Assembly (NCBI GenBank): GCA_951406725.2
Contig: OX597835.1
Location: forward strand, 38,254,001 to 38,318,000
Length of the DNA stretch: 64,000 nucleotides
Origin: Octopus vulgaris
Taxonomy: Eukaryota
Reading direction: 5' to 3'
Part shown: one piece after another, positions 12,939-24,731 of the stretch
How positions within the stretch are numbered: the first letter of the stretch is position 1
Layout: the number at the start of each line of letters is the position of its first letter
Made by a program: the position numbers and the translations under genes
The notes under the pieces: model-generated
The model's database searches: none
What the model was told of the DNA's origin: nothing
Seen by the model: the letters and a program-made list of their open reading frames with translations, nothing else

Positions 12939-14537
12939 CAGTTGCGGCCAAAATATTCAGAACGGTATTGTTTTCGCCAGAAAAGTAGATATAAGTTTTT
13001 ATCAAAGTTGTTTTATATTCTATAATTTTCACAGACAATAAATACAATATTATTTGTTATTGTCTGAGATTTTGGTGTAATTTGAGAGGATAATACAAAA
13101 GTTATGGATGGCGGCCAAAATGATCAGAACGGTTGCTTTTACTACATGTTTTAGTATATTTAACCGGCGAACTCTAATGTTTTGAATTTGTTTACGTGAC
13201 GATTCGTTTACTAAACATTAGTAAGAATATATGCAGTGTAATTTGTTAATATAATGCCACTTACTCCGTTATCAATTCGTCAGCAGATTACTAAGCTTCG
13301 AAAGAAGGATAATTTAAGTATTGGGTCTATTGCAAAGATTGTTAACAAGTCAAAAAGTGTTGTTCACGGTATTCTTAAGGTCTTCGATGATTGTGGTTCG
13401 TGTGAAGCAAGAAAGTCTACATATAGGCCAAGAAAAACGACCAAGAGAGAAGATCGTGCTATGATAAAGTTGGTTTAAAAGGACGGATTTAAAACTGCTG
13501 CTGCTGTTTCTCGGGAAATGAGCATTGTACTGAAGAAAACGTTATCTCGAAAAACTTGTCTCATCGTTTAGTTGAACATAACCTACAAGCAAGATCACCA
13601 GCAGTGAATCCATTAATCAGCTCCAAAAATAAAAAGTGTCGTCTTACCTTTGCAACCGAACATGTGTTGTGGTCTCAAGAAAAATGGCAAACAGTGCATT
13701 TCAGTGATGAATCTAAGTTTATGTTATTTGGCTCAGATGGGAAAAGGTACGTTCGTTGAAAAGTAGGTGAAAAATTGTCGCCTAAATGCCTTAAGACTAG
13801 TGTTAAATTCGGTAGAGGAAGTGTCATGGTTTGGGGGATGATATCTGGAGATGGTGTGGGCCCTTTGGTGCGATTACATGGAAAGGTAAATGCAGGAGTT
13901 TATAAACAACTTGTAAAAGATCATGTCTTTCCTGTGCTGAGAAATTCAACTAAGCGACCACCCATATTCATGCAGGACAATGCCCCATGTCACAAGGCTA
14001 AGGTGGTCATGAACTTCCTCAAGGCTGAAAAAGTTATTATTATGGATTGGCCTGCTCAAAGCCCAGATCTCAATCCTATTGAAAATGTGTGGAATATTCT
14101 AGGAGAACGTTCGAAAGCCAGAAATCTTAAACCACCGAGCAATTATGGAATGCCTTCAGGAAGAATGGAATAAGATCACCTAGCAAGAAATTGAAAATGT
14201 AATTTCCTCATGCAGTCGAAGATGTCAGTGTGTGATTGAAGCTAAAGGGCTTCACACTAAATATTAAATAATTCCAGTATTCTCTGTCACTTTTGATTAT
14301 TTTGTTATTTTTTCAACCGTTCTGATCATTTTGGCCGCCATGGGTTTTGCAGTAAATCACTAAATCATACATAACTTTTGTATTATCCTCTCAAATTACA
14401 CCAGAATCTCAGACAATAACAATTAATAATGTATTTATTGTCTGTAAAAATTATAGAATATAAAACAACTTTGATAAAAACTTATACCTACTTTTCTGGC
14501 GAAAACAATGCCGTTTTGAACATTTTGGCCGCAACTG
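12939..14537 (+). mobile_element. Full-length Tc1-family DNA transposon, IR/DR type (1599 bp)
   Basis: TIRs 12939-13135 and 14314-14537 begin CAGTTGCGGCC; inner direct repeat gcggccaaaatgatcagaacgg; TA on the left and TG on the right. Confidence 0.95.
13254..14267 (+). pseudogene. Tc1 transposase DD34E, inactivated by stops and frameshifts
   Basis: FSDESKF, QDNAPCH and SPDLNPIE with exactly 34 residues between the second D and E; C-terminal IEAKGLHTKY*. Confidence 0.95.
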
Positions 14538-14929
14538 TGTGTGCGAGTGTGTATGTGCTGCATTACACAGTTCGAATGTTAATTTATCTTAGCCATCATT
14601 ATATTTCAATATTTGTAAATATATTTTTATTTCGTTTTATTGAGTCCCATGCAAAAACGTTTAACCCGGCAAAATATCTTCGTTATTTTTGCAAACTATT
14701 TTTTAAAAAATATTTCTATAATAGTTCATGTCTGTAAGTCCACTTTAAATACGATTTGGACAATTAATTTCTGATATTTGAGTACTCTTGTAAAATATTT
14801 TACAGACAGAAAGGTTCTGAATGATTTATCGATATTTCGGTTGCATTCGTATCTTTCCGGCTTTCCGTTTCGGTTTTACTGGTCTCTATGAAATCAATAT
14901 GCCTATCTTACGAAACCCGTTTTCTGTCT

Positions 14930-14996
14930 TCCGCTGATGACAACATCACACGTTTTATTTTAAACGAGTGACTATTAGAAACACGAATTCGTTTCC
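14930..14996 (+). ncRNA. Decayed hammerhead-like motif at the head of a PLE-like tail
   Basis: CTGATGA...GAAAC with palindromic acgaattcgt; stem I pairs poorly. Confidence 0.35.
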
Positions 14997-15004
14997 TGTG
15001 AAAA

Positions 15005-15351
15005 ACATTTATGAATATACCTTTGCCTTTATTTTGGCTATGTCTAGTCGGTATTTATTTTCTACTGTCTTTCTTCGGCTTCACAAATTTTGATACACAC
15101 ACACACACACACACACACCCGCACACACACACACACACACGTATATATGTATGTATATATATGTATGCGCATGTATATGTCTCACATTCATATAGACATA
15201 TACATGCGCATACATATATATACATACATACATACGTGTGTGTTTGTGTGTGTGTGTGTGTATCAAAATTTGTGAAGCCGAAGAAAGACAGTAGAAAATA
15301 AATACCGATTAGACATAGCCAAAATAAATGCATAGGTATATTCATAAATGT
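15005..15351. repeat. Near-perfect 347-bp palindrome with an 11-nt spacer
   Basis: Arms 15005-15182 and 15194-15351 are reverse complements, including unique sequence and microsatellite. Confidence 0.9.
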
Positions 15352-15354
15352 ATA

Positions 15355-15474
<120 letters not shown>

Positions 15475-15811
15475 TACATATATATATATGTACGTATGTA
15501 CATACATACACGCATATGTATTTATATACATACATATATGTACATATATAAATATATATTTATATATATATATGTATATATACACATACATATATACGTA
15601 TATGTATGTGTGCGTGTATATATATATATATATATATGAGTGTTCTTTAATCGACATACTAACAGACATAGCCCCGAAATCCAAGTTATATACATACATA
15701 CATACATACAAACACACACACACACATATCGATATGCATTAGAATGTGTATGCGTGTCATATGCACGTGCATGTATATAGGTGTATGTATGTGTGTGTAC
15801 TCATATGTGTC

Positions 15812-15884
<73 letters not shown>

Positions 15885-16134
15885 TTGTGTCTGTATGTGC
15901 ATATGTGTGTGCTTATATCTGTTTTCGTTTACGCCGTTGTTTTCCCGGACTCTTTTCTTAATACTTTCCATCACATATTTGTATTTTCATTTCAAACCAT
16001 TGTTAGTTTTTCCTTTAGTAACTCTCTTCCTAGTTCTTTCCCCATACACGGACGCGCGCACCCCGCCACACATTCGAGTCTATATTGAGGTGTCCTTCTC
16101 TCTTGTTTTGCCTTCTCTCTGACTTTTTATTTCT

Positions 16135-16187
<53 letters not shown>

Positions 16188-16341
16188 GGGAATAAATCAA
16201 AACGTACAATATAAATAAAAATAGGAATAAAATAAAAATAAAAATAATAATAATAATAATAATTAAAATAAAATTAATAACTTTAATAATTCTTTAAATG
16301 CTGTACATGGATATAAATCTGATAATAGTAATAATATTAAT

Positions 16342-17118
16342 ATGATAAAGAAATATAATTACAACAATAATAATAACAGTTTTAATAATAAGAAGGTAAA
16401 TAAGAATAAAATTTGGTTAATAGTTTCTTATGGTGCTCAAGTTAAAACGAATATTATTAAAGAGATTTTAAATATTATTGAACTATTTATTCGAGATTAT
16501 CGTAAATATAAAAACATTTTCTCTAGTAATAATTTTGGAGTAGGTTATTCCACCACTAATAGTGTAGGTAACATTATTTCTTCTTTTAACAAATATAAAC
16601 TAAATAATTTTTATAAAAATAAATTATTTAATAATACCTATAATAAAGACAAGACACTATTTAACTGTACATGTAGAGATAAATCTAAATGTAAATTAAA
16701 TAATAAATGTGATATTAATGATGTAGTGTATAAATGTATAGTTACATTACATGATAAGAATTTTAAGAATAATAATAACTCAAACGCGATATATATAGGG
16801 TCCACTTCCTCTAAAATAAAATTAAGAATCGCACAACATTTGAATTCTTTTAAAAATAAAAACTTAATCAACTCCACTGGACTTAGCAAGTACATTTGGA
16901 GACTTAAATCCCAAAATATTAATTATAATTTATCTTGGGAAATAATTAGTAAAACTAAATCATATACTATAGGAGCGAATTTTTGTTATTTGTGCTCTAA
17001 TGAGTTTAAGGAAATTTTATTTTATAAGCATGATAATTTACTGAATACTGGTGATGAACGCGAAATAAAATGCAGACACAAGTTACTTTACTTATATAAT
17101 AAGTTTCTTGATAAATAA
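16342..17118 (+). CDS. Penelope-like element C-terminal GIY-YIG endonuclease (5'-truncated copy; Naiad-like Cys pattern)
   Basis: CTCR..CKL..C linker, VVY...YIG, R..H, STGLSKYIW.LK, CYLC..E, LN..E..CRH; open for 258 codons despite very high AT. Confidence 0.85.
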   Translation: MIKKYNYNNNNNSFNNKKVNKNKIWLIVSYGAQVKTNIIKEILNIIELFIRDYRKYKNIFSSNNFGVGYSTTNSVGNIISSFNKYKLNNFYKNKLFNNTYNKDKTLFNCTCRDKSKCKLNNKCDINDVVYKCIVTLHDKNFKNNNNSNAIYIGSTSSKIKLRIAQHLNSFKNKNLINSTGLSKYIWRLKSQNINYNLSWEIISKTKSYTIGANFCYLCSNEFKEILFYKHDNLLNTGDEREIKCRHKLLYLYNKFLDK

Positions 17119-17340
17119 TAATTTTTTATTAGCCTTAAATAGCTCCCTATTTTGGTTTATGTTCTAGTATTATAAATATATTAAGTGATGTGTAGTACAT
17201 ATTATACATTTTTTTTAGTTATTTAGGTTCTGTTTTTAATTATAGTTAGATTATAGATGGATTTTCATTCTATTAATAAATATTTTATTACTGAATAATA
17301 AATATTTAATGGTTTATTGAATATTGAGTCTGATTTGAAA

Positions 17341-17404
17341 CCACCTGAAGAAGGTCTACTACTCAAAGATGTGATGAAAAGAAGACATGAAACGATCGTA
17401 GTGG
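17341..17404 (+). ncRNA. Minimal type-I hammerhead ribozyme in the PLE 3' pLTR
   Basis: Stem I ccac/gtgg, core CTGAAGA, stem II aggtct/agacat, GAAA, palindromic stem III acgatcgt, cleavage triplet GUA. Confidence 0.8.
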
Positions 17405-17505
17405 ATATAAATAATTGTTAAATTACTAAATAATATAAATTAATTTATGTATTGGATTAAGTCTTTCTTTGTTTGATTTGCATAATAGTGGTTTTGTCTC
17501 TAATT

Positions 17506-17548
<43 letters not shown>

Positions 17549-17632
17549 TAATATAGGATAAAAGTTTTTTTCGAAAAAATTTCTATCAGTGGCCAGCATA
17601 TTAAAAAATACTTTTAAAGGTTAAATTTATAA

Positions 17633-17787
17633 ACAACTTATAAACAAGGGCAAAAGAAAAAAGTTTCTAATGCCAAATATGCCGAAAACAGACACGTCGT
17701 CAATAACCATATAATTCATCACTATAAGCTTATAGTGCTTATTTGGCATTAGAAATTTTTTTCTTTTACCCTTGTTTATAAGTTGTG
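17633..17787. repeat. Inverted pair of ~47-bp PLE-like tails
   Basis: acaacttataaacaagggcaaaag...gccaaata versus tatttggcattag...cttgtttataagttgt. Confidence 0.75.
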
Positions 17788-17834
17788 TTTATATATATGT
17801 ATATATATGTGAATATGCATATAAATATATATGA

Positions 17835-17995
17835 TGGACTCCTTTCAGTTTCCGTCTACCCAATCCACTCACAAGGCTTTGGTCGGCCCAAGACTATAGT
17901 AGAAGACACTTGCCCAAGGTACCACGCAGTGGGACTGAACGCGGAACCATATAGTTCGTAAGGAAGCTGCTCACCAAACAACAACTCCTGCGCCT
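17835..17995 (-). mobile_element. SINE family A, 5' half
   Basis: Matches the family A head and CORE-like segment. Confidence 0.8.
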
Positions 17996-18025
17996 ATATG
18001 TCTCTCTCTCTCTCTCTCTCTCTCG

Positions 18026-18114
<89 letters not shown>

Positions 18115-18342
18115 TGTATATATATATATATGTATATTGCCTTATTTGTTTCAGTCATTTGACTACGGTCATACTGGAGCAACGCTTTGGAGGACTTGAA
18201 GTCGAACAAATCGGTCCGAGGGCTTACGTTTTAAGTCTAGAATTTGTATCGGTCGCTTTTTCCAAACCGTTAGTTTACGGGGACGTAAACACACCAATAT
18301 CGGTTGTCTAGCGTTGATGGGGGAAGAAACAAATACACAGAA

Positions 18343-18570
18343 GGCGGCTAACTGGCAGAAACGTTAGCACGCCGGGTGAAATGCTAAGCAGTATTTCATC
18401 TGTCTTTATGTTCTGAGTCCAAATTCCACCGAGGTCGACTTTGCTTTTCATCCTTTCGGGGTCGATTAAATAAGTACGCTCTGGGGTCGATATAATCGAC
18501 TTAATCCTTTTGTCTTTCCTTGTTTGTCCCCTCTGTGTGTCGCCCCTTGTGGGCAGTAAAAAAATAAGAA
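18343..18570 (+). mobile_element. SINE family B
   Basis: Matches 5170-5403. Confidence 0.8.
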
Positions 18571-18592
18571 ACAAACACACAGACACACAAAG

Positions 18593-18631
<39 letters not shown>

Positions 18632-18639
18632 ATTATTAT

Positions 18640-19045
18640 TATTTCTAAGTCTCTCTAAGGGAGACTATGGCAGCGGTACTGGATATTAATAGTTATCGCC
18701 AAGCTAATATGGCAGTCCATAAATATAGGACGAAAGCTACCGTTGATTAGCTCCAAGAGGCCATCGCCTCTAGCTAGCTATATGACACACGAACCTGTGT
18801 CCATTATAAACTTCGAACAGGGAAGGTCAGCCGCTTCCCCTTGCTGGTCAGGCATCTGCAGACATGTTTCAGTGTATTTGCCCTTTATCAATGCAGAATA
18901 GCCGAACCCAGCAGGCGTCGCTACTGACCGTCTCTTCGAAGGATTATTTACCTTAATTCAGCGGAATACATCCACTGGATTTCAAAAATAGAAATATATT
19001 TATTTCTAAGTCTCTCTGAAGGAAACTACGGCAGCGGTACGCTCT
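18640..19045 (-). mobile_element. Retrozyme/pLTR-like non-coding unit (361-bp period) with hammerhead at 18855-18897
   Basis: 40-bp direct repeats at 18640-18679 and 19001-19040; reverse complement reads tctgca TTGATAA agggcaaatacact GAAA CATG TC tgcaga. Confidence 0.65.
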
Positions 19046-19069
19046 GCTAAGGTTTTATATATATATATA

Positions 19070-19291
19070 TAACTGTGATTGTCACACACCGATGACTGGT
19101 CAATACCTAGAAACTCGAGTCCGTGTGTATCGTAAGTTGAAGACGGGAAGGGTGGCTTCCCTTTGCAAATACTGATAGGGCACAATAAGTGTGTCAATAG
19201 CCAGCTGGAGAAGGTGTCCTCCTGGGGCTACAAACTACAGTAGCGTCCACCCTTAGGGGTTAGCCATATTTAAATGGCAAATTTACGTCAC
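19070..19291 (+). mobile_element. Non-coding hammerhead-bearing repeat (CCGAUGA core family); second copy at 60629-60852
   Basis: cacaca CCGATGA ctggtcaataccta GAAA CTCGAG TC cgtgtg; flanked by (TA)n. Confidence 0.7.
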
Positions 19292-19757
19292 TATATATAT
19301 ATACACACATACATGTATATATATATATGTGCGTGTGTGTGTATATATAGTTATATGTTTTTATATATATATAATTTATATATGTGTGTGTTTGTGTGTG
19401 TGATTGTATGCTTATACGCATGTATGATGTTGATGCTGATAATGATGACGATAATGATGTTGATGAAGTTGATGATGGTGATGATGATGATGATGATGAA
19501 GAAGATGATGAAGATGGTGTATGTCTGTATGCCATATGCATCCATACATACTCTGATACACTCACACACACACACACGCATGACCGCCATTTTATTACTT
19601 CGTGTATTTCGTAGTAAGCTCTCCCCCGCTACCCTTCCACTGAATTTCTCTTTCTTTCTCTCCTTCTTTCTACTCTCATGCTTCTATCTCTCAATATATT
19701 CTTTCTCATCCCCTTTGCTCTCACTGACAGATCTTCTATTCCGTCCTCTCACCACGT

Positions 19758-19891
<134 letters not shown>

Positions 19892-20030
19892 CTCTCTCTC
19901 TCCTTTAATCTCAAGAACCTTCTCCTCTTCCTCCTTTAGCATATTTTTTCATGAAATAGTTTCTTCAAACTTTATTGAATTTCTCAAACTTTTCATTCCG
20001 AATATTTATAGTTTCTAGCCTCCTGTCTTC

Positions 20031-20443
20031 ATGATGATGATGATGATGACGATGACGATGGTGATGATGATGATGATAATGATGATGATGACGATGGTGA
20101 TGGTGATGGTGATTATGATGATGATGACGGCTATGATGATAATGATGATGATGAGCATCATGATGACGATGGTGATGGTGATTATATTGGCTATGATGAT
20201 AATGGCTATGATGATGATGAGGAGGAGGAGGAGGACGATGGTGATAGTGATTATGATGATGATGATGGATATGATGATGGTGATGATGATGGCGATTGCG
20301 ATTATGATGATGATGACGGCTATGATGATAATGATGATGATGATGGTCACGATGATGACGACGATGATAGTGATGGTGACGATGATTATGATGATAACAA
20401 TGGTGGTGATGATAATCATAACGACGACGACGACGACGACGAC

Positions 20444-20478
<35 letters not shown>

Positions 20479-20600
20479 GTGTGCCAGTGTCCCCTTCAAA
20501 GGTTATTTGTCACGTTTGGGAGGTAATTGCGTCAGCAGATCAGACTAAATTACCAAACGACAGCCAACCTCCGTCACCACCGCCCCTAACAATACCACCA

Positions 20601-20664
<64 letters not shown>

Positions 20665-21310
20665 TCACCGCCACCGTGTATGTTGATCCACACACGCACA
20701 CATACAAACATACACAAACACACACACATACTCACGCACATGTGCGCATAGAGGCAACCATCGCTACCAGTACCACCACTCAAAACTGACACCATCACCA
20801 TCAACACCCCCACTATTAATCCACATATCAGCACACCGCTACAACCACCGCCACTACCATCACCACCACCACCATCGCCACCACCACCACCAAAGCCACC
20901 ACTACCACCAACATTACTACCACTACCACCACCACCACCACCACCACCAAAACCACCACTACTACCAACATTACCACCAGCATCACTTCCAATACCACTA
21001 CCACCACCTATACTACCACTACTACCACCACCTATACTACCACTACCAGCAGCACCACCACTAACACCACCATATAACCATCACAACAACCATCACTAGC
21101 ACCACTATAATCATCACCACCATCAGGCCACACTACTACCACAACCACCACCGCCACCACCACTACCACCACACGCAACTATCAACGTCATCACCACCAC
21201 TTCAACCACCAACACAACAACAACAACAGCAGCAACAACAACCATCACTAGCTCCACCACCGCCACTAGATCCACCGCCGCCGCCGCCTCACCACCACCA
21301 CCACCACCAC
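20031..21310. repeat. Compound (GAT)n/(ACT)n/(ACC)n trinucleotide low-complexity tract
   Basis: Direct inspection. Confidence 0.9.
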
Positions 21311-21444
21311 ATCCTGCTGTGAGGGTCTCAGTTTTCCATTCTAACCTATATTAAACCTCAACGTTTTGTAACCAGATTCAAAAATCTTTGAAAATGTCCG
21401 ATTCAAAATTACCATTTCGTTCTATGGGAAATATATCATCTCTC

Positions 21445-21479
<35 letters not shown>

Positions 21480-21618
21480 CTCTCATCTTCTCTCTCTCTC
21501 TCTCTCATCCTTTTCCGTCTTTATTATCCCTTCTCTCACTCTCACTCTTTCTCTCTCACCTTCTCACTATCCTATTCTATCACTATCTCTTTCTCTCTTT
21601 CACTGTCTTTTTCTATTT

Positions 21619-21664
<46 letters not shown>

Positions 21665-22329
21665 TTCTCGCTCTCTGTCTCTTTCACTATCTATTTTATT
21701 TTCACTGTTCTCGAATTTCATCATTTTCCTACTTCCCTTTCCCCCTCTCTCTCTTTCTATTCTTTACTCCATCTCCCTCTCTCTTTTCCTCTCCATCTTA
21801 TTGTCTTTCATTATCTGTTTCACTGTTTCTCTCTCTCCTTGAATTTCCACCGCTCACTCCTCCTATCTCCCCTCTGTCTGTCTGTCTCTGTCAGTCTCTC
21901 TCTGTCTCTCGCTGTCTTTCTCTGTCTTTCTCTGTCTCTCTCTCTCACTATCTATTTTACGTTTTCTCTGTCCTTGCATTTCATCGTCTACCTATTTCTC
22001 TCCCTTTCTCGATCTCTCCTTTTTCTCTCTCCTCTCTTTCTTTCATTCTTTCTTTCATACTCTCTCTCTGTCCCTCTCGCACTCTCTCTCCTTATACGTG
22101 TGTGTGCGCGCGTGCGTGCGTGGTGAGTGTATTAGTTTCTGGTATCACTACGGTGGTAAAATGCAATTAAATGAAAGAAAATACTCCAAACTGTCAGGTA
22201 GAGTAGAATAATATTTATCCAAAGCTGACTCACAGGGAGTTGCTACAGTACTCCGAGTATCACGTTCCCGAATCTCAGGCGACACAGGATTTGTAAGATT
22301 GTATCTATGCTTGTTTGTATGCATCTATA

Positions 22330-22385
<56 letters not shown>

Positions 22386-22573
22386 CTAATTTTTAAAAAT
22401 TTTTAAAATTTTAAAATTTTAAATTTAAAAATTTTAAATTTTAAAATTTTTAAAATTTTCTCCTTTGGAATTAATTTTTTGTTAATTTATTTTAGGGTAT
22501 TATATGATTGTTGATACAAAATGGTCTATGACTATTTAATCCCACTAACTCAAATTTTTTTCACCTATATTGA

Positions 22574-22664
<91 letters not shown>

Positions 22665-22736
22665 TAATATTATATGTATGTAAGCAGAATTAACAATATC
22701 GGGGTTAATAATAATAATGATAAGAATAATAATAAC

Positions 22737-22798
<62 letters not shown>

Positions 22799-22887
22799 TG
22801 GTGATGATGATGCTGTCAAATTTGGGCACAAGGCTGGTACTTATTTTATCGACCCCAAGAGGATGAAAAGCAAAGTCGACCTCGGCC

Positions 22888-23425
22888 TCATACCTTTCAG
22901 CCTTGTCCAACAAACAACCTCTTTTGACACAGCCACCAGGCAAAGGAGAACTGCCTTGCCTGACCGACTGAAGGAGGGCGGCAGTACGATCATCACTGCA
23001 GACTCGGCCGACAGACAGAAACGCCCCACATGTAACAGCAGCTGTTCGACATAACCCCACAAGTCAGCAATGCCGGACACTGAACGAGAGCGTGCAGAAC
23101 GGTTTCGTCACTCTGTACGTACCTCGGACAAGATTTCTAACAGCACATCCGCGCCTGTAAAGTTAATCGCGAACAGGTAGCGCGCCTCGGTAGCACTGTC
23201 AGGCCAAAGACATCTGGAAATTATTCATGATAGTTTCCGACCGGAAAGTCCTCCGGAACAGACTAGCCAGTTCGTTTTCCTCGGCGCCCAGAGAACGTCG
23301 TCGCACTTCTCCGCCACTAACCTCTACCAGACCTCTACCAGTCAGGTAATGGAATCGGTGGAACATCTACCGATTCCATTACCTGACTGGTAGAGGTCTG
23401 TAAGCGCCTGACGACATTCTAGGTG
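22888..23425 (-). pseudogene. Tx1/L1-like LINE ORF2 3' relic (zinc-knuckle region)
   Basis: Homologous to 27555-27930; ALPVRD.LYR, ETVLH, LWGYVEQLL motifs. Confidence 0.7.
23328..23400. repeat. Perfect 32-bp inverted repeat with 9-nt spacer (hairpin)
   Basis: 23328-23359 is the exact reverse complement of 23369-23400. Confidence 0.95.
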
Positions 23426-23429
23426 AATT

Positions 23430-23810
23430 ATTTCTACTAAAGCCACAAGACCTGAAATTTGGGGGAGAGGACTAGCCGATGATATCGACCCCAGTATTTT
23501 ACTGCTACTTAATTTATCAGCTCCGGAAGGATGAAATGCGAAGTCGACCTTGGTGGAATTTGAACTTAGAATGCAGCGACGGGCGAAATATTGCTAAGCA
23601 TTTCGTGCAGCGTGGTAACGATTCTGCCCGCTCGCCACCTTAACAAACTCAACACTTCCCTTATTGTGATTGGCGTGACAATGGGGACAAACTAGGACAG
23701 ACAAATGGATCAAGTCGATTATATCGACCCAAGTGCGTAACTGGTACTTATTAAATCGACCCCGAAAGGATGAAAAGCAAAGTCGACATCGGCGGAATTT
23801 GAACTCAGAA
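23430..23810 (-). mobile_element. Two SINE family B copies (one near full length, one partial)
   Basis: gaaggatgaaa.gc.aagtcgac...ggaatttgaact motif occurs twice. Confidence 0.75.
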
Positions 23811-24311
23811 ATCTACTCTATTGGGATTGTAAGAAAGGTCATAAGTTTCTAAGGGAACTGATTGCGCACCTGTATCAATGACATTGATTGTTAATGCAAA
23901 ACGTTAGCGCACACCTTGAATAATGATGATCATGATGACGACGACGACGACGACGATGATGACGATGATGACGACAACGACAACAACGACGATGATGATA
24001 ATTTGTAACAGACAAACAAGGCCAGAACTCCTGGCGAAAGAGGATCAGACGATTACATCGAGCCCAGTGCTACATTCACACACACACGCATACACGCACG
24101 CACACAAACATGCTCACACACACACATACGCACACACGTGCGCATATGTATGTACATATGTGTATACGTACATCTATAGTAAAATAGTTATATTACCAAA
24201 ATATCTAGATTTATAAAATACCAAGTAGACAATTAAAAATGTTATGCTTTTAATGCCAACATATTCGGTTCAACTCGGACCTTCTATTCTACGTCACATT
24301 TCAGAGTTAAA

Positions 24312-24462
24312 TATATCAGGCTGAGTAAAAAGTAAGCAACGTTTTGAAACATGAAATTCATCACATATTTCAACAATGCGAAAATTTTATTCATCAAAGT
24401 AAGTACCATTACAATCAACACATTTTGGCCAACGAATTACAAGTTTGTTTATTCTGATAACG
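24312..24462 (-). pseudogene. Mariner transposon 3' end relic with right TIR
   Basis: Translates RINKLVIRWPKCVDCNGTYFDE*, the typical mariner C-terminus; TIR-like tatcaggctgagtaaaaagtaagc. Confidence 0.7.
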
Positions 24463-24520
24463 TTTCTGCTAACGCTTCAGCCGTGTGAGCGAATTTGGTA
24501 GACAGAAACTGATAGTCGTG

Positions 24521-24595
<75 letters not shown>

Positions 24596-24635
24596 TGATC
24601 TGTCTATCTGTCTGTATATCTATCTATCTATCTAC

Positions 24636-24731
<96 letters not shown>

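Noticed and set aside
17119-17340. Possible SECIS element for a selenoprotein-type Naiad
   Set aside because: The ORF has no in-frame TGA, and the gtgatgtgtagta hairpin lacks the 3' GA of the SECIS quartet.
18705-18745. Plus-strand gtcc...ggac GAAA gcta, resembling half a hammerhead
   Set aside because: There is no CUGANGA-like core upstream of the stem; kept only as part of a hairpin.
20031-20789. 252-aa Met-rich ORF (superficially reflectin-like or metal-binding)
   Set aside because: It is a degenerate (GAT)n tract with none of the Tyr/Arg/Gly/Asp reflectin motif.
22381-22575. Alternating A/T homopolymer tract (similar at 40990-41075)
   Set aside because: It looks like low-quality long-read consensus next to (TA)n; not interpretable.
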